Below the pieces are notes generated by a model. The model was not told the DNA's origin. It did no database searches and worked only from the letters and a program-made list of their open reading frames with translations. From contig VJWM01000234.1 of NCBI GenBank assembly GCA_010909165.1, positions 124,001 to 188,000 on the forward strand: a DNA stretch of 64,000 bases, read 5' to 3'. The stretch's first letter is position 1. Each line of letters opens with the position of its first letter. Positions 25,251 to 37,900 of the stretch are shown here, piece by piece. This stretch comes from Anthoceros angustus (lineage: Eukaryota > Plantae > Anthocerotophyta). A program made the position numbers and the translations under genes.

Positions 25251-26200
25251 TGGGAGGAGGAAAGATAGGCATGATGGAAGGATGAGGAAGCAGGAGGTTA
25301 TCGTACGGGATTTGGTTCTTCTATACAGACTGGACTTCCTGTGAAGCTTAAGGTGAGATGGATGGGACTTTATGAGGTGGTGGTAAGATACAGAGGAATG
25401 GATCTCAGTAACTACGAGTGTTGGATGGAGATTTCATCACGACTGTGAGTGAATGGGTGGAAGGTTAAGAAGCAATTTTCACTGAGACTGCTGTTGCGAG
25501 GACGCAAACAGGTGAGGAGGAGTATGTGGAATGCAAAAGTTTGGGCAACCAGCCAAAAGAGCGGAGGAAGAACGAACTTGATCTTTTTTTGCCGAAATCG
25601 ATTGGAAGGGATCATGCCAAGAATTTTTGAATCCTTTGGAGCTGGAGTTGTAGGATACTGTTAGGAAGGCGTAGGGATATCTTGGGAAAAGAAATAATAA
25701 AACGACCCCGTGCGAGACAAGAAGGCATCCGGCGGGCGGTAGACAGACCACCGTAGGTTGCCACACTACGGGGGTAGGCTGAGAGGAAGAGCAGGCTACC
25801 ACGGTAGGCTAGCAGACTACCGCGGTAGGCTGACAAAATCTCGGCTAGAAAGAAAATTAGGATGGGGGATATCCACTATATATGCTCACCAATAGGGGAA
25901 TAGATAAATAGGATTAATTAGAAGGTACTTAGTTAGGGGTTGCCAATAGGACAGGGAATTTAGGCAGGATTAGGAATTTTAGGATGGAAAACCAAATCTA
26001 GGGTTGAGGGGCCTCTAGGTGGCAGACATCCAAGGAGGGCAAAGTGCAGTTTTGGCAGCTCCTCCTTCACTTCGCGGCAGACTGGAGCGTAAGAAGAAGG
26101 ACACGGAGAAGGAAGGGGAGGCTACCATCGCCGTCGCTGTCGCCGTCGCCATCGCCATCGCTGCGAGTTAGAAGAGAGAAGGAAGCCGTCATCGCCACAA
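25250..26200 (+). mobile_element. Gypsy integrase C-terminus and post-pol spacer
   Basis: Homologous to ~30820-31700, including CCACTATATATGCTCACCAATAGGG. Confidence 0.8.
26126..26163. repeat. (TCGCCR)n hexamer microsatellite, about 6 units
   Basis: atcgccgtcgctgtcgccgtcgccatcgccatcgc. Confidence 0.8.
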
Positions 26201-27399
26201 GCGAGCTGGGAGGGTTATGAAGGCTAGGTCTATGTTACGGACGACTCAGTTATATATCAATACTGATCTTACACCATTGCAATGGAAGATTAAGAAGGAG
26301 AAGTTACCGCTTTCAGAGCTGCTCGTGGCCGCAAAGTCAACGGCTTTCTTTCATGGGGATGAATTTGGTGGTGTTTAGCCCTCGCTCATGCATTTCATTA
26401 ACATTATTGATTGATTGAAGATTATTTGTCGTAGAGGTGGCGACCCACAGTAGTCCGACCATTACCATCCTTTGACCGCCTTCACGCCTCGTCTGGGGGG
26501 TCGTCATTCCTGCTTTTCTTTTCCGATATCCCTTCGCCTTTCTAACAATATTTTACAACCCCGACGAGGTGTTAGCCTTAAACGTGCACACCTCCTTGTT
26601 CTTTCCTCATGTCCCGTTTTCGCATCGCTCGTTGGAGGCCGCTCTAAACTCGCTCTAAAAAGACTCCTTGTAACATACAACCCATGACCACTTGCTTCGT
26701 TTTCAGTTTGTTTGCACACTTCAAACACCAAGTTGCATTTGCCAAAATCAAGAACGTGTGTCGAAAGTTTGTACTCCTAACATCTGACTGCTCGCGTTTT
26801 GCAGAAAGCGGACGTGCAAGAACGGGCGTTGCATCTGACGTCAACAAACACAACTCCAATAAACGGCAAGGTGAGAGGCTAATGTAAATTTAGTGTCGAT
26901 AAAGTCTCAAAGTCTCAAGGTTTCAGCTTGAAACGCTATCCAACAACACTCAATTTTCCGCTCAGCCACCAATGAAATGACAGTTAACCCGTTTTCTTGA
27001 TGCATAGTTTCTTACATTGTAATTGCCTATCGAAATATTCGCGTTTGGACAAGATACTCGAAATGATAAACTTTCTATCCGGACCGTACAATGAGCAGAG
27101 GAAGAAATATGACTGTGAAGACCAGGCACATCCCAAATCACGGTTGTACACTCCTTCAACCCCGGTAGAATATACCTAGGAAGTATCTCACAAGTCCGTA
27201 AAACTATAAAAGTGCTCTGGTAAAACGGTGGAAAATAGCTCGAACACTTTAATGTGCGAAAGTAAAAAATTGATAGGTTTTTTACTTGAAAGAGAGAGAA
27301 AAGGGAGTTGTGTTTGGATGCAGGCAACAGCCTTTAGTGCGTGACAGACTTGGCTATCCCTGGCCTCACCGAGGGCGGCTCGGCCCCAAACCCCGGCCG

Positions 27400-28820
27400 C
27401 CTTATGCCGTGGAACGACGCCAAGACGGCTCAGAACGCCTTCGCCCATGCCTCGACTGTTTCTCGTGCCATGACGCCTCCGTCCTCTAATACATTATTTG
27501 CTAGCTTGACATTTCATGTGGATCATTTCACGTTGAAGTACCTCAGAACAAGTCGATTTATCGTGACGTGGTAAAATGCCGTACAAGAATTGATGTGATA
27601 ACCAAAGTCAGCAAGACTGATGCGTACTTCATTTCGTCTCAAAACCGGAGAACGACTTGAGGCCACTGATGACCAGTTCCCTGACGAAGAATTGGTCGCC
27701 ACAACGAATGTTGAGGGAGATGAACAGAGCGCAGCTGAGTGATTGAAACCCACGGGAGATGGTGGAGTGCCGGGCACACATTGGGCGAGAGCCGCGACTG
27801 TGGTGAGCAAATGAGGGCTGCAAAGCTTGAGGCCAGGAATCCAAGAATGATGAGGGACTGCAGAGGAGCGCAGCGGAAGGAAGGGAGGACGCACGTGGCG
27901 CCGAGGAGGTAGAATGCTTAGGGCCCGTGAGCGAGGATGGCCTCGAGATGACATGCTAGAAGGAGATGGTGGAGAGTCCACATCCCAAGAAGTGCTGCAG
28001 TGAGCTACAAGAGAACCACCACGACCATGGGTCGATACGTGGATGGTCGCACAAGAGGTACAGCCGCCAAGAGGTCACCCAAAGAACTGGACCCGAGCGT
28101 AAGGTCAAATCAATAAAGAATCTGTGGAGGAGAGAAGAACTTACACAGAAGTACAAGACGATGCTACGAGGCAGGGCTCTACGGTCGAAAGGTGAAGGAA
28201 GTAGATTGGCAAATGAGACACTATCCGGATCGCCAATAGGCGATCCGCCGAAACGGTATGAATGGAAGGAAGAGATTTGAACGTGAGGGGCGTTCATGCC
28301 CAAGATACCGTTGAATGGTGAGGTACGAAATTTCTAGAGCATGGCATCATGCCCGATGGTTTGTCTAGGAGGGCGAGTTTTTTCCATAAGGCAGCCCCTT
28401 ATTGTCTAAGGGAAGGAGTCCTATACAAGCTGGGCCCGGACGAGAAGATTCGGCGGTGTCTCGAGGTCGAAGAGGCTGCACTTGTCACGGAGGCACTGCA
28501 TGCAGAAGAGGCCGGCGGACACTATTCGGTACAGGTGACAGTAAAGAAGATCTTAAATGCAGGCTTCTGGTGGGCCACGATGCAAAAGGATGTGTGGGAA
28601 TTCACTCGGAGGTGTGATGCGTGTCAGAGGGTTGGGCGGCCTACATTGTCGACACAATGGCCCCTCGCCTATATACTACCGCTAGCACCATTCGAGAAGT
28701 GGGGAATCGATTTCGTGGGGCCAATCAAGCCACCTACCCAGTGGACAAGGAAGCAGTACATTTTGGTGGCCACGGACTATTGCACGAAGATGGTGGAAGC
28801 GAGGACGAGAAGGACGACGC
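27400..28820 (+). mobile_element. Gypsy RNase H end, linker and integrase N-half (copy 1)
   Basis: [36 protein letters not shown]. Confidence 0.88.
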
Positions 28821-28889
28821 ACTGCAAGAGCAAGTTTCGAGAACATCATGGCTATCGCCCGGTCGAGTGGGGCGTCGGCCCCAAACTCG

Positions 28890-31060
28890 CCGCCTTATGC
28901 GAGGAGCAGAGCGATGACGCCTTTAGACGGTCCGCCTAACGGCCTCGACCTTCTCGGCCATGACGCCCCTCTTCCTAATACATTATTTGCTAGCTTGCAA
29001 AGTGACATTTCATGTGGATCATTTCACGTTGAAGTACCTTGTGAACAAGTCGTTGTCGTGACGGATAGCTGTGGTATCTGCGCCGCAGAATTGATGTGAT
29101 AACCAAAGCCGGAAGCAACATCTGCATGCAGACTTCATTTCTCGTCTGAAAACCGGAGAACGACTTGAGGCCATCATGACCGCCACCGAAGAATTGGTCG
29201 CCACAACGAATGTTGAGGGAGATGAACAGGAGCAGCGGCAGTTGAGTGATTTAGAAACCCACGGGGAGATGGTGGAGTGCCAGCAGGGGCACACAGGGGC
29301 GCGAGAGCCGCGACCCCAGGGTGAGCAGTCAGGAGGGCTGCAAGCGGAGGCCATAGGAATGGCGAAGAATGATGAGGGACTTGCAGAGGAGCTGCAGGCG
29401 GAAGGAAGGGGGAGTGACGCACGCACAGGGCGTGCTGAGGAGGTAGGAATGCTAGGGCCCAGGAGCGAGGATGGCCCTGAGATGACATGCGAGAAGGGAG
29501 ATGGTGGAGAGTCCACATCCCAAGAAGTGCTCGCAGTGGAGCTACAAGGAGAACCATCGGTCGACCATGGGTCGATAACAGGGATGGCTGCACAAGAGGT
29601 ACAGCGGGGCGAAGAGGTCACCCAAAGAACTCGGTCTGGACCCGAGCGTAAGGTCAAATCAACAGCACCAGGAGGAGAGGAAGAACTTACACAGGAAGTA
29701 CAAGACGACGAGCTACGAGGCAGAGGCTCTACGGCTCGGGTCGAGCAGGAAGGAAGTAGATTGGCAAATGAGACGACCCTATCCGGGACTGCCAATAGGC
29801 GATCCGGCCGGAAACGGCGTGGTATGAATGGAAGGAAGAGACTTGAACGTGAGGGTCAACCATGCCCAAGACATTTGCTGAACGGCGAGGTCCGCAAATT
29901 CCTGGAGCATGGAACCATGCCTGATGGTTTATCTCGAGAAGGGCGCGCAGTCTTTATCCATAAGGCCGCACCCTATTGCCTAAGGGAAGGAGTCCTATAC
30001 AAGCTTGGCCCGGACGAGAAGATCCGACGGTGTCTCGAGGCTGAAGAAGCAGCACTCGTCACCGAGGCATTACATGCAGAAGAGGCCGGCGGCCACTATT
30101 CAGTACAGGTGACCGCGAAGAAGATCTTAAATGCAGGCTTCTGGTGGGCTACAATGCACAAGGATGTGTGGGAATTTATTCGGAGGTGTGATGCGTGTCA
30201 GAGGGTTGGGCGGCCTACACTGTTGACACAATGGCCCCTCACCTATATATTACCGCTAGCACCGTTCGAGAAGTGGGGAATCGATTTCGTGGGACCGATC
30301 AAGCCACCCACCCAGTGGACAAGGAAGCAGTACATTTTGGTGGCCACGGACAATTGCACGAAGATGGCGGAAGCGGAAGCGACGAGAAAGGACGACGCAC
30401 CTGCAATTGGTCAGCGACCGGGGAACCCATTTCCTCAACTCTGTCGTGGAGTCCCTAACCACCTACTTCAACAGTCGACATCGAAAGACGACCCCAAGGC
30501 GAACGGATTGAGAAGACGAACGGGTTGTTATGCACGATCCTCACCAAGGTAACTGTAACACACATGTATGATTGGGATGCTAAATTACATTTAGCACTGT
30601 GGGCTTACAGGACCGCGGAGAAGGTAACCACCAAAAAGACCCCTTATTATCTGACATATGGAATGTCCCCTGTTATGCCTGTGGAATTCGAAGTACCTAC
30701 CTATAGGATCATAGAGGATGAACGCATGACAGTAGAAGATAGTCAAGTAGCTAGGTTAGAGACCTTCGTAGAATAGGAAGAACGTAGAGAAGATGCCTTA
30801 GAGGAGACCCAGGGGATTCAGGAACTCAGGAAAGACCGACATGATGGGAAAATGAGGAAGCAGGAGGTTATCGTAGCTGGGGATTTGGTTCTTCTATACG
30901 ATAGTCGGTACCTGGACTCTCCAGGGAAGTTTAGACTGAGATGGATGGGACCCTATGAAGTGGTGGCAGTATATGAGAATGGATCCGTGCAACTGCGAGT
31001 GCTAGATGGGGATTTAGATGCCAACTAGGGTAAACGGGTGGAAGGTTAAGAAATACCTCC
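28890..31060 (+). mobile_element. Gypsy RNase H end, linker and full integrase (copy 2)
   Basis: 458-aa ORF 29176-30552 with H-H-C-C zinc motif and WGIDFVGP; WDAKLHLALWAYRTA; C-terminal RWMGPYEV. Confidence 0.92.
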
Positions 31061-31391
31061 AGCCCGAGGTGCCTGTTGTTTGCGAGGACGCAAACAGGTG
31101 AGGAGGGGAGTATGTGGAATGCAAAAGTTTGGGCAACCAGCCCAAAAGAGCCGGAGGAAGAACGAAATTGATTCTTTTTGGCTAAAATCGATTGGAAGGG
31201 AGCATGTTGGGAATTTTCTGAGAAACTTGGAGCTGTAGGGTAGTGGTGGGGAAGCAGAGAGGATATCCCAGGGAAAAGAAACGGGTCCAAATGACCCCTG
31301 GGCGAGAGGAGCGGCAGCCCGGCGAGGTCAGACTACCACTGTAGTCAACGAATCTCGCTAAAAAGGGAAACTAGAATAAATGGATATCCAC

Positions 31392-31408
31392 TATATATGC
31401 TCACCAAT
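31392..31408 (+). promoter_or_regulatory. Candidate internal promoter (TATATATG) upstream of ORF2
   Basis: TATATATG recurs at equivalent positions: 25877, 31392, 53369, 63766. Confidence 0.45.
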
Positions 31409-32062
31409 AGGGAAGTAGATAAATAGGATTAATTAGAAGGTAATTAATTAAAGGAGATAGTGCGAAAATAGGAAATTAGGTAGGCTTGGGTAATTTAGGT
31501 GTGAACCCATCTAGGGTGGAATTAGTGTGGAATCCAAGGAGGGCAAAGTGCACTTTGAGGCAGCGCCAACTCCCTCTTCGGACTGAGGCATCCTCACTCG
31601 CAAAAGCCGAGACTCGGAGCAAGAGGAGGAGAAGCCATCACTCACAACCCCCAAGCGGCCGAGAGAAGGAGGGAGCCAAGGAAAGGAAGAGGGGAACCCC
31701 AGCTAGCGAGGAGAGAAGAGGAAGGCGCCAAGCGCCCGAGAAGCGAGGTCTCAAGCAAGTCAGGGTGGCGCAGAGCCGCGAGCATCGGAGGCCGCCGAGG
31801 GCGTAAGGCAGGACCCGAGGTGCAGGGCGGTGCTAGACAAATTGGGAGTTGGACAAGGAGAGCGACTATTTCCCACCCTGAAGGAGAGCCAAGGAAACTT
31901 GGCAACAAATTGAAGCATCAAGAGCCTAACATTGAAATTGTGTGTTAGGAGAAATTTTGCTGCCAGTCTCGAGGATAAGGAGCGTTTGAGAGCAAAGTCT
32001 TGAGGCCGCCAATTGGGAAGTAATTCAATCCCCTAGCAGCATTTGGGAAGGAGAACGCCACC

Positions 32063-34111
32063 ATGCCTCGAGCAGGAAAGGGCAAGGGAAAGGAACCGCC
32101 TGCCAAGGGTTCCTCCTCGCGAGGAGGAAAAGGAAAGAAAGCGTGAGCCTGGCGCCAGTGTGAGGGGTGAGGTCGAGATGCCTCAATTCACTGCTTTGTG
32201 GGCACCAACCCCGATTGGTGATTTCGCAAGGCGAGGAAGATGACATCCAATTGTATGGCCGCCAATGGGCCTACACCAATTTGGAATTGATTGAGGAGTG
32301 TTACATCAACCTCCATCAATCGGAAGCCCTTGCGCTGCCGAGAGGAATGCTCGAACGGATCCCCTGGCCGGACCAGCATTCAAGTGTATGGAGACCGAGG
32401 AGGAGAGCTCAGAATTTCTCCCTCGAGAGGACAAATGGAGGGAAGAGGATTGCCTCTCGAGATTCCGCAGAGTCCTCGACATGATGGATGGAGGAGTGAA
32501 GGCCCACGCCAAGAATGGTGGAAGACTGAGAGATCAAGGAGTCAAGGAGGCTTTCTAAAGATTGTGTTGGGGTTGGTAATATCCAACGGACTTTATTTCA
32601 GCACCAACTTCCTCCAATTTTTGTGGAAGATTTCAGAGGAGCCAAGCCGGATTGGGGCACCATAATGTATGAGGCTATACATCACATGTGGAGAAGCTCC
32701 TCAAGCCAAATTCGTGGATGAGGAAGGGCCAAGGCTGCTATCTTAGCACCTATTTGGTGCATTTGTGGGAAACCGAGGGGCTCTCACAAGAAGGAGCTTG
32801 AGGATGCATGGCATCCCTTTGAAATAATCCATCCAAGCTTGAAAGGCCTTTGCCTTTGCTTGAGGAAGACATGGGAGGTCGACTCCACAAGCAGAGGCCA
32901 AGGGCGGAAGTGAGGCAACAGGTTGCCGGGAGGAGGCCTTTCCCACAAGAGCAAGGGGAAGGAGAGGAGGACTATGTGGAGGGGTGACAACCCCAAGGGT
33001 GGGGGAGTCCCCACCATCTCGTGGGTGCCTAGGGAAGAGGCACTCCCCACCCCAGGGAGGCACCACCCAAGGTGGCAGTATCACCGAGGCAAGCCCACCA
33101 CGGTAGGTAGGCATCACCGAGGGAGCATCACCGCAGCAGGCACCACGCCAGGCAAGCACTGCGGTGGGGGGGGAGAAGGCGGTGAGCGCCTGGCAGCCGC
33201 CATCACCGCTACCGGGTGGAGAGGATGGAGCGACGGAGGGGACCCGCTGCCGGAGCACGAGGGAGCTGGAAATTTCCAAAGCAAGAAGAAGGGGTGAATT
33301 TGGGCCCCTAGACGGAGTGCTTGTGAAGCACTCACCATGTGGATTTGAAGGCTAGAACTAGCACCTTGTGGGCATGCAAGAGGAAGTGCAACCCAAGAGA
33401 TGGCAGGAGAAGACCAAATGGCACCAGGCCATGGAGTCCGATGAGAAGGCAGCCAAGTTGGAGAAGGTGGAGAAACTCACAACCTTGTGGATCACGCGCT
33501 GGAGAAGGTCTTGAGGGAAGTTGTCCCAAACGGAGGAAAGAGCCATCCGAGCAACCACCCAAGGACTCATGGAGATGTGGAGGAGCATTTTGCCCAATTA
33601 GAGCAAAGGAAGGGCAAAACCGAGGCTCTAGGAGAGAAGGCGGTCCAAAGAAATGGACGAGGATGTGTGATGGCTACCCAAGCCATCAAAATCCGGGACA
33701 TGGAGGAAGAATTGAGACGAACCCGGTACAATCTAGAAGAGAAGAGCGCGGAGTTGGAAGCTCAAGACCAACAATTGCAGGAGCTGGAGCACAAGAAGAG
33801 TGCCTGGCAAGCGGAGAGGGAAGGGCTTGCTCAGCAGCTAGGGGACTTGGAAGGAAGGAGGTCCCAAGAAGAGGAGTACCACAAGAAAGTGGTACATAGG
33901 ATGCTGGTAGTAACGAAGCGGAGGTTCTGGGCGGATTATGCCCTTCTGGTAAAGATGGCCAACCAGCTGAGAGAAGCGAGGGAGGAGAATGTAACCCTCC
34001 ATATGAAGGTGGGGGAATTGACCACCGCGAGAGACGCCTACAAGAGTAGGTGTGAGGATGGAGAGTGGCCCACGGAGATTGATGATCTCCAAATGCAGTA
34101 TCATAGCTTAG
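32063..34111 (+). CDS. Gypsy accessory ORF2, 5' part (interrupted by the DNA transposon)
   Basis: GCCACCATG start, GKGKGK, PDWGTI-type domain, coiled-coil ORF 33487-34111; frame continues at 43175. Confidence 0.65.
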
Positions 34112-34145
34112 AACATGCTATTTAGTGAAGGGGGTGATTATTCAA
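34112..34145 (+). repeat. Left TIR
   Basis: AACATGCTATTTAGTGAAGGGGGTGATTATTCAA. Confidence 0.93.
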
Positions 34146-34969
34146 CATGAGGGTTTTCTGCTATTTATTTGCTGAAGGGGGTTTTGGATGGGTGTTGAAT
34201 CCGATGTTCACCGCTTGTGTTGGAAAAGATGATCAGAAAGAAGGGTCAACAACTACACGAGACAGTGCTTGCCGGTGCGTGACATGTGGAGCAAGGGTTC
34301 TAGTTTACACCTATGACGACTTTAGAGCCCATTTACAACCCAAAATTGAGGGCCATGACTGCCGGTGAAGATGAGTACATTTGACGATGCCCCACAAACA
34401 ATCGGGAAAACATGGTCCAACCAATGTCGAACTCTCATATTTCAAGTTTCCCCAGAACGCTTCAGCGGGTGGTGGTGGTATGGGTCATATGAATCCTTCG
34501 ACATGGAATTCATGGAATCGTGGGTGCAGGGCGCCGGCCAGCGCCCGCACCGCCTCCCACAACAATCCGTAAAGTGATGTCATCTCCTATCCCTTGGTAG
34601 GTTGGAGGAATCGATTTTGAGACAAGAGGTCTGTGTGTCACCAACCATCCGACAGATGCTATGTATAGTCATGTGACTAGCCGTGATCAAAACGAAAGTG
34701 CCGGGTATGGATGCATTATTAGTGCATCGTCGCAAGCCCTAAATGTGCACATGCTCTAAATGTGCAAACAAAAGGGTGCCCCTCGAATCGCTAGTGCTTT
34801 AGGACGAAAACTGCTCAAGGTTTGGAGGGTGGAGTTTCCATCGGCTAACATCTTGTAGAATATATGTCGCTTTCAAACTTTCCCCAAGGAGAATGGGCTA
34901 CAATGAACGATCGAATGTGTCTTACGGTTTCCTTCTCAAAATAAATGAGGCTATGCGCACTTTTAACAT

Positions 34970-37900
34970 TCAAGTGCAATCTACTCTCCTTCTAAATTGA
35001 CGCTCATCTTCTAGGATCACCGCCATCTTCACTCCTCGTGCCACTTTGACTTGCTTGTATGAAGCCCGCAATTCATTTTGTCCTTGATTGCCTCTCACCG
35101 ACATAGATGTTTCCGAATTCAAGGTGAAACCATAATACAAGATGACGGTTTTGTGTACATAAACTTCAATATTTTTTAGGTTCAACCCTTCGACCCCTTT
35201 TCCTTGCTTGTTGCTCGCATCCCCAATTATGTATTCTTCAACGTACCTACCCTCAAACGCATCTGTGTGCTCGCTATCGGAACAAGTAAGTGAGGTCGGG
35301 TCATCAAACAAACCGTCAATCACCTTCCCAATCCAAAATGGTCTCACAGCGTGTCCCCGCCGGGCCGGAACTGCAATGAACATGCCCTTATTTATTTCCA
35401 ACACATCACCATTCAAACGTGTCATTCCCTCCTTGTCTTTCCAAGTTTTGGTATCGTCCCAAATACATATCTCGTTGTGGAAGGTCCTCAACAACGCCTG
35501 TAATAAAGCTTCATCATCAAGTCGCAGAGGTTGGGTCTATTCTACTGGACCTCGAATACCACTTCCAAGGATGCCGGAGGAGCCCAATGTTGTTTTGAAC
35601 AATAAAGAATCTCTTGTTGGTCCACCCGAAAGCTTCCCACCATTTGTATTCCTCCGATGTCACATAAGGCCTAAGGGCCGAAAGACCTTCCTTCAAATGA
35701 GCCACACCATCCGTAGGTGATAAGTCCGCCAACTTTCCTTTTCTATCCCGACCGGAGGGCGGTTAAGGGAGTCTATGTGTCCAACGGCACGAATGTCAAA
35801 AACTCCAACCCGGCCTCGCCTCCCAATAGGTGATGTGGAATCTTGCTCGATGCGATAAACCCACGGTCACCTTTGGCTTCTCTCGTAATTTTGAATTGGT
35901 GAAAGAGGTTGTTTAATTTTTGACCGCCTTGTATGCGTGTCCACCTTCCCTTGCCTTATGGGCCAAACATATGACCGGAAGTCCAGAACTTCAGTCAATA
36001 TCTTCACCTCCGGCTGTGGAGTGTATGCACTAATCAAAATCTCTGACAGTGCAGGAAGAGTGTGAGCTTCCTTGTGTTTTAAGCTTTTTGAAAAGCATGA
36101 AAACATTTGGTCGATTTGATCATGCGTGCCCCACCAACAAAACCCCACTTTCACCTTTTCAAACGTCCCCATGTCCACGAGCATGTTGAGATATGCAAAA
36201 GCAGCTTGATTCTTGTTCTCTCTGCATGTTGTCCAATTGCAAATATAACACTTTCGGCAATACTCCTTCGTAGTTATGAATAACATCACGGATGATGGTA
36301 ATCGTGAGATTGGCATCATTCCAAGTTCGCATAATGCAAGTAAGCTCTTGCCTTAAACGTGTAATTGTGGATCATGCACCCAACCACATGAACTGAATAC
36401 GGCACTCCTCATCCAAGTTCTTTGGCCATCAAGTAGATGGGGAATCTCCTTCTTTTGGTCCATTCCATCGATTGAAAGTAGAAGGTACATATGTGGTTCT
36501 ACATAACTCTCCTCGTTTCGCCATCTTCACCGCCTCGATGTAACCGCAAACGATGGGCATCTAAAGCCGCTTGATATTTTTCTGCTTGAAAACATACACA
36601 CTCGTACATTTGAAGAGACATCGAGTTAGATATGAAGGACCCTCCTATGCTGGGACAGTACACTGCCTGGGCGGCGTCCCGCCCCAAATCAACGGAGGAA
36701 GAACCTTCATGTTCCGTCCTAGCGCATTTGTCGCTGGCAGCAACCACAATCCATGCCATCGGTTAGGAGGCGGGCCGCCACCGCCCACATGTATAAATTG
36801 TAGGGTGACCCCATGGTCCTTCGCCATGTGGCGCGTATCCCGAGGAACCTAGGTGCCTGAGACTGGAGGTGGGGCCGGCCGCGCCCATCTCCGTGGGCTC
36901 TTAACGCACCATAGGGTTCTTGGCCCGGCCCGGCGTCCCACCACATGTCGGCCTCTGGGTTTCATCCCAAGGGCTTTGCATATGTGGGACGACGGTCGGC
37001 TGGCATCGCACCCCATCCCATCATAGCAAGAATTGTAAGACTCGATTCTAGGGTTCTTGCCCATAAGGCCTCGAGTTCAAAACAGCTATTCCCCACTCAA
37101 GAAAACCATTTCCATAAGTTCCCATGCATGTCAACCAGCCCCGTCAATAGTGGTAAGAATTACCTTAATCGGATTTGTGGATTGTGTTCCTATTAGTGCT
37201 CTTCAGACCTGCGCATAGTGAGCACGTGGAAAACCTGTTGGATTTCGGTATTTTCACTCTTGGGAAGTTGCTTTTCCATAACTTCAAGAACCATGGATAT
37301 TTCACATAACGGATCCCAGAGGTTTCGCATTGCCGACATACTCCATATTTCCAACCTTGTGTATGCGGAAGGTTGAAGACCTCCACGTCGGCACCGCTAC
37401 CATCATCAGAAATGTCTTATCCATCCAGGATATCGCTCCCAGCGCATAAGAAGACTGTGGTTTGGGGTTAGGCCTGAAACCATCCCACGGGGCATTTGAA
37501 ATGATTCTACTCTTAATTCCTCATATCTGTTGTGCCCTATGCAATATACTCTTCTAAATGCCTTCAAGCCGAGGAATGGACCCCAAAATGTGTGTGCATA
37601 CTTTACCCCTTTCACATCCCCTCTCCGCTTGAACCAAGGACTCTAGAAATGTCTCTTGCCCGCCCATCCTTAGGAATCGGTGCTCCGAAACTTTTCTTTG
37701 TCACCGCAGCACATTTGATTGCAACATGGTTTTGAACCGCCGTCACTACCTCTCCTTCACTTTTCTTCAATGTGACACCAGGCTCTGAGGTGCAATGCTT
37801 TGCTGATCCGTCTCACCGCTTGGGATGGAACGACGACGGGTGTGTCCGGAAGTGGTCACCTTCATCTTCATCCCTGAGGGTTCGCCCGGTGGGAGGTCTT

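Noticed and set aside
26200-27340. Non-repetitive stretch with short ORFs on both strands
   Set aside because: No motif, termini or convincing splice structure recognised.
17298-27490. The U-box gene block appearing to sit precisely inside one Gypsy RNase H (KKFR at 17297, HYLL at ~27492), suggesting gene capture
   Set aside because: The ~90 bp before HYLL look like a garbled copy of the same YAGRQL...KKFR segment at the expected spacing, so the right-hand piece has its own upstream sequence; no TSD or termini bound the block.
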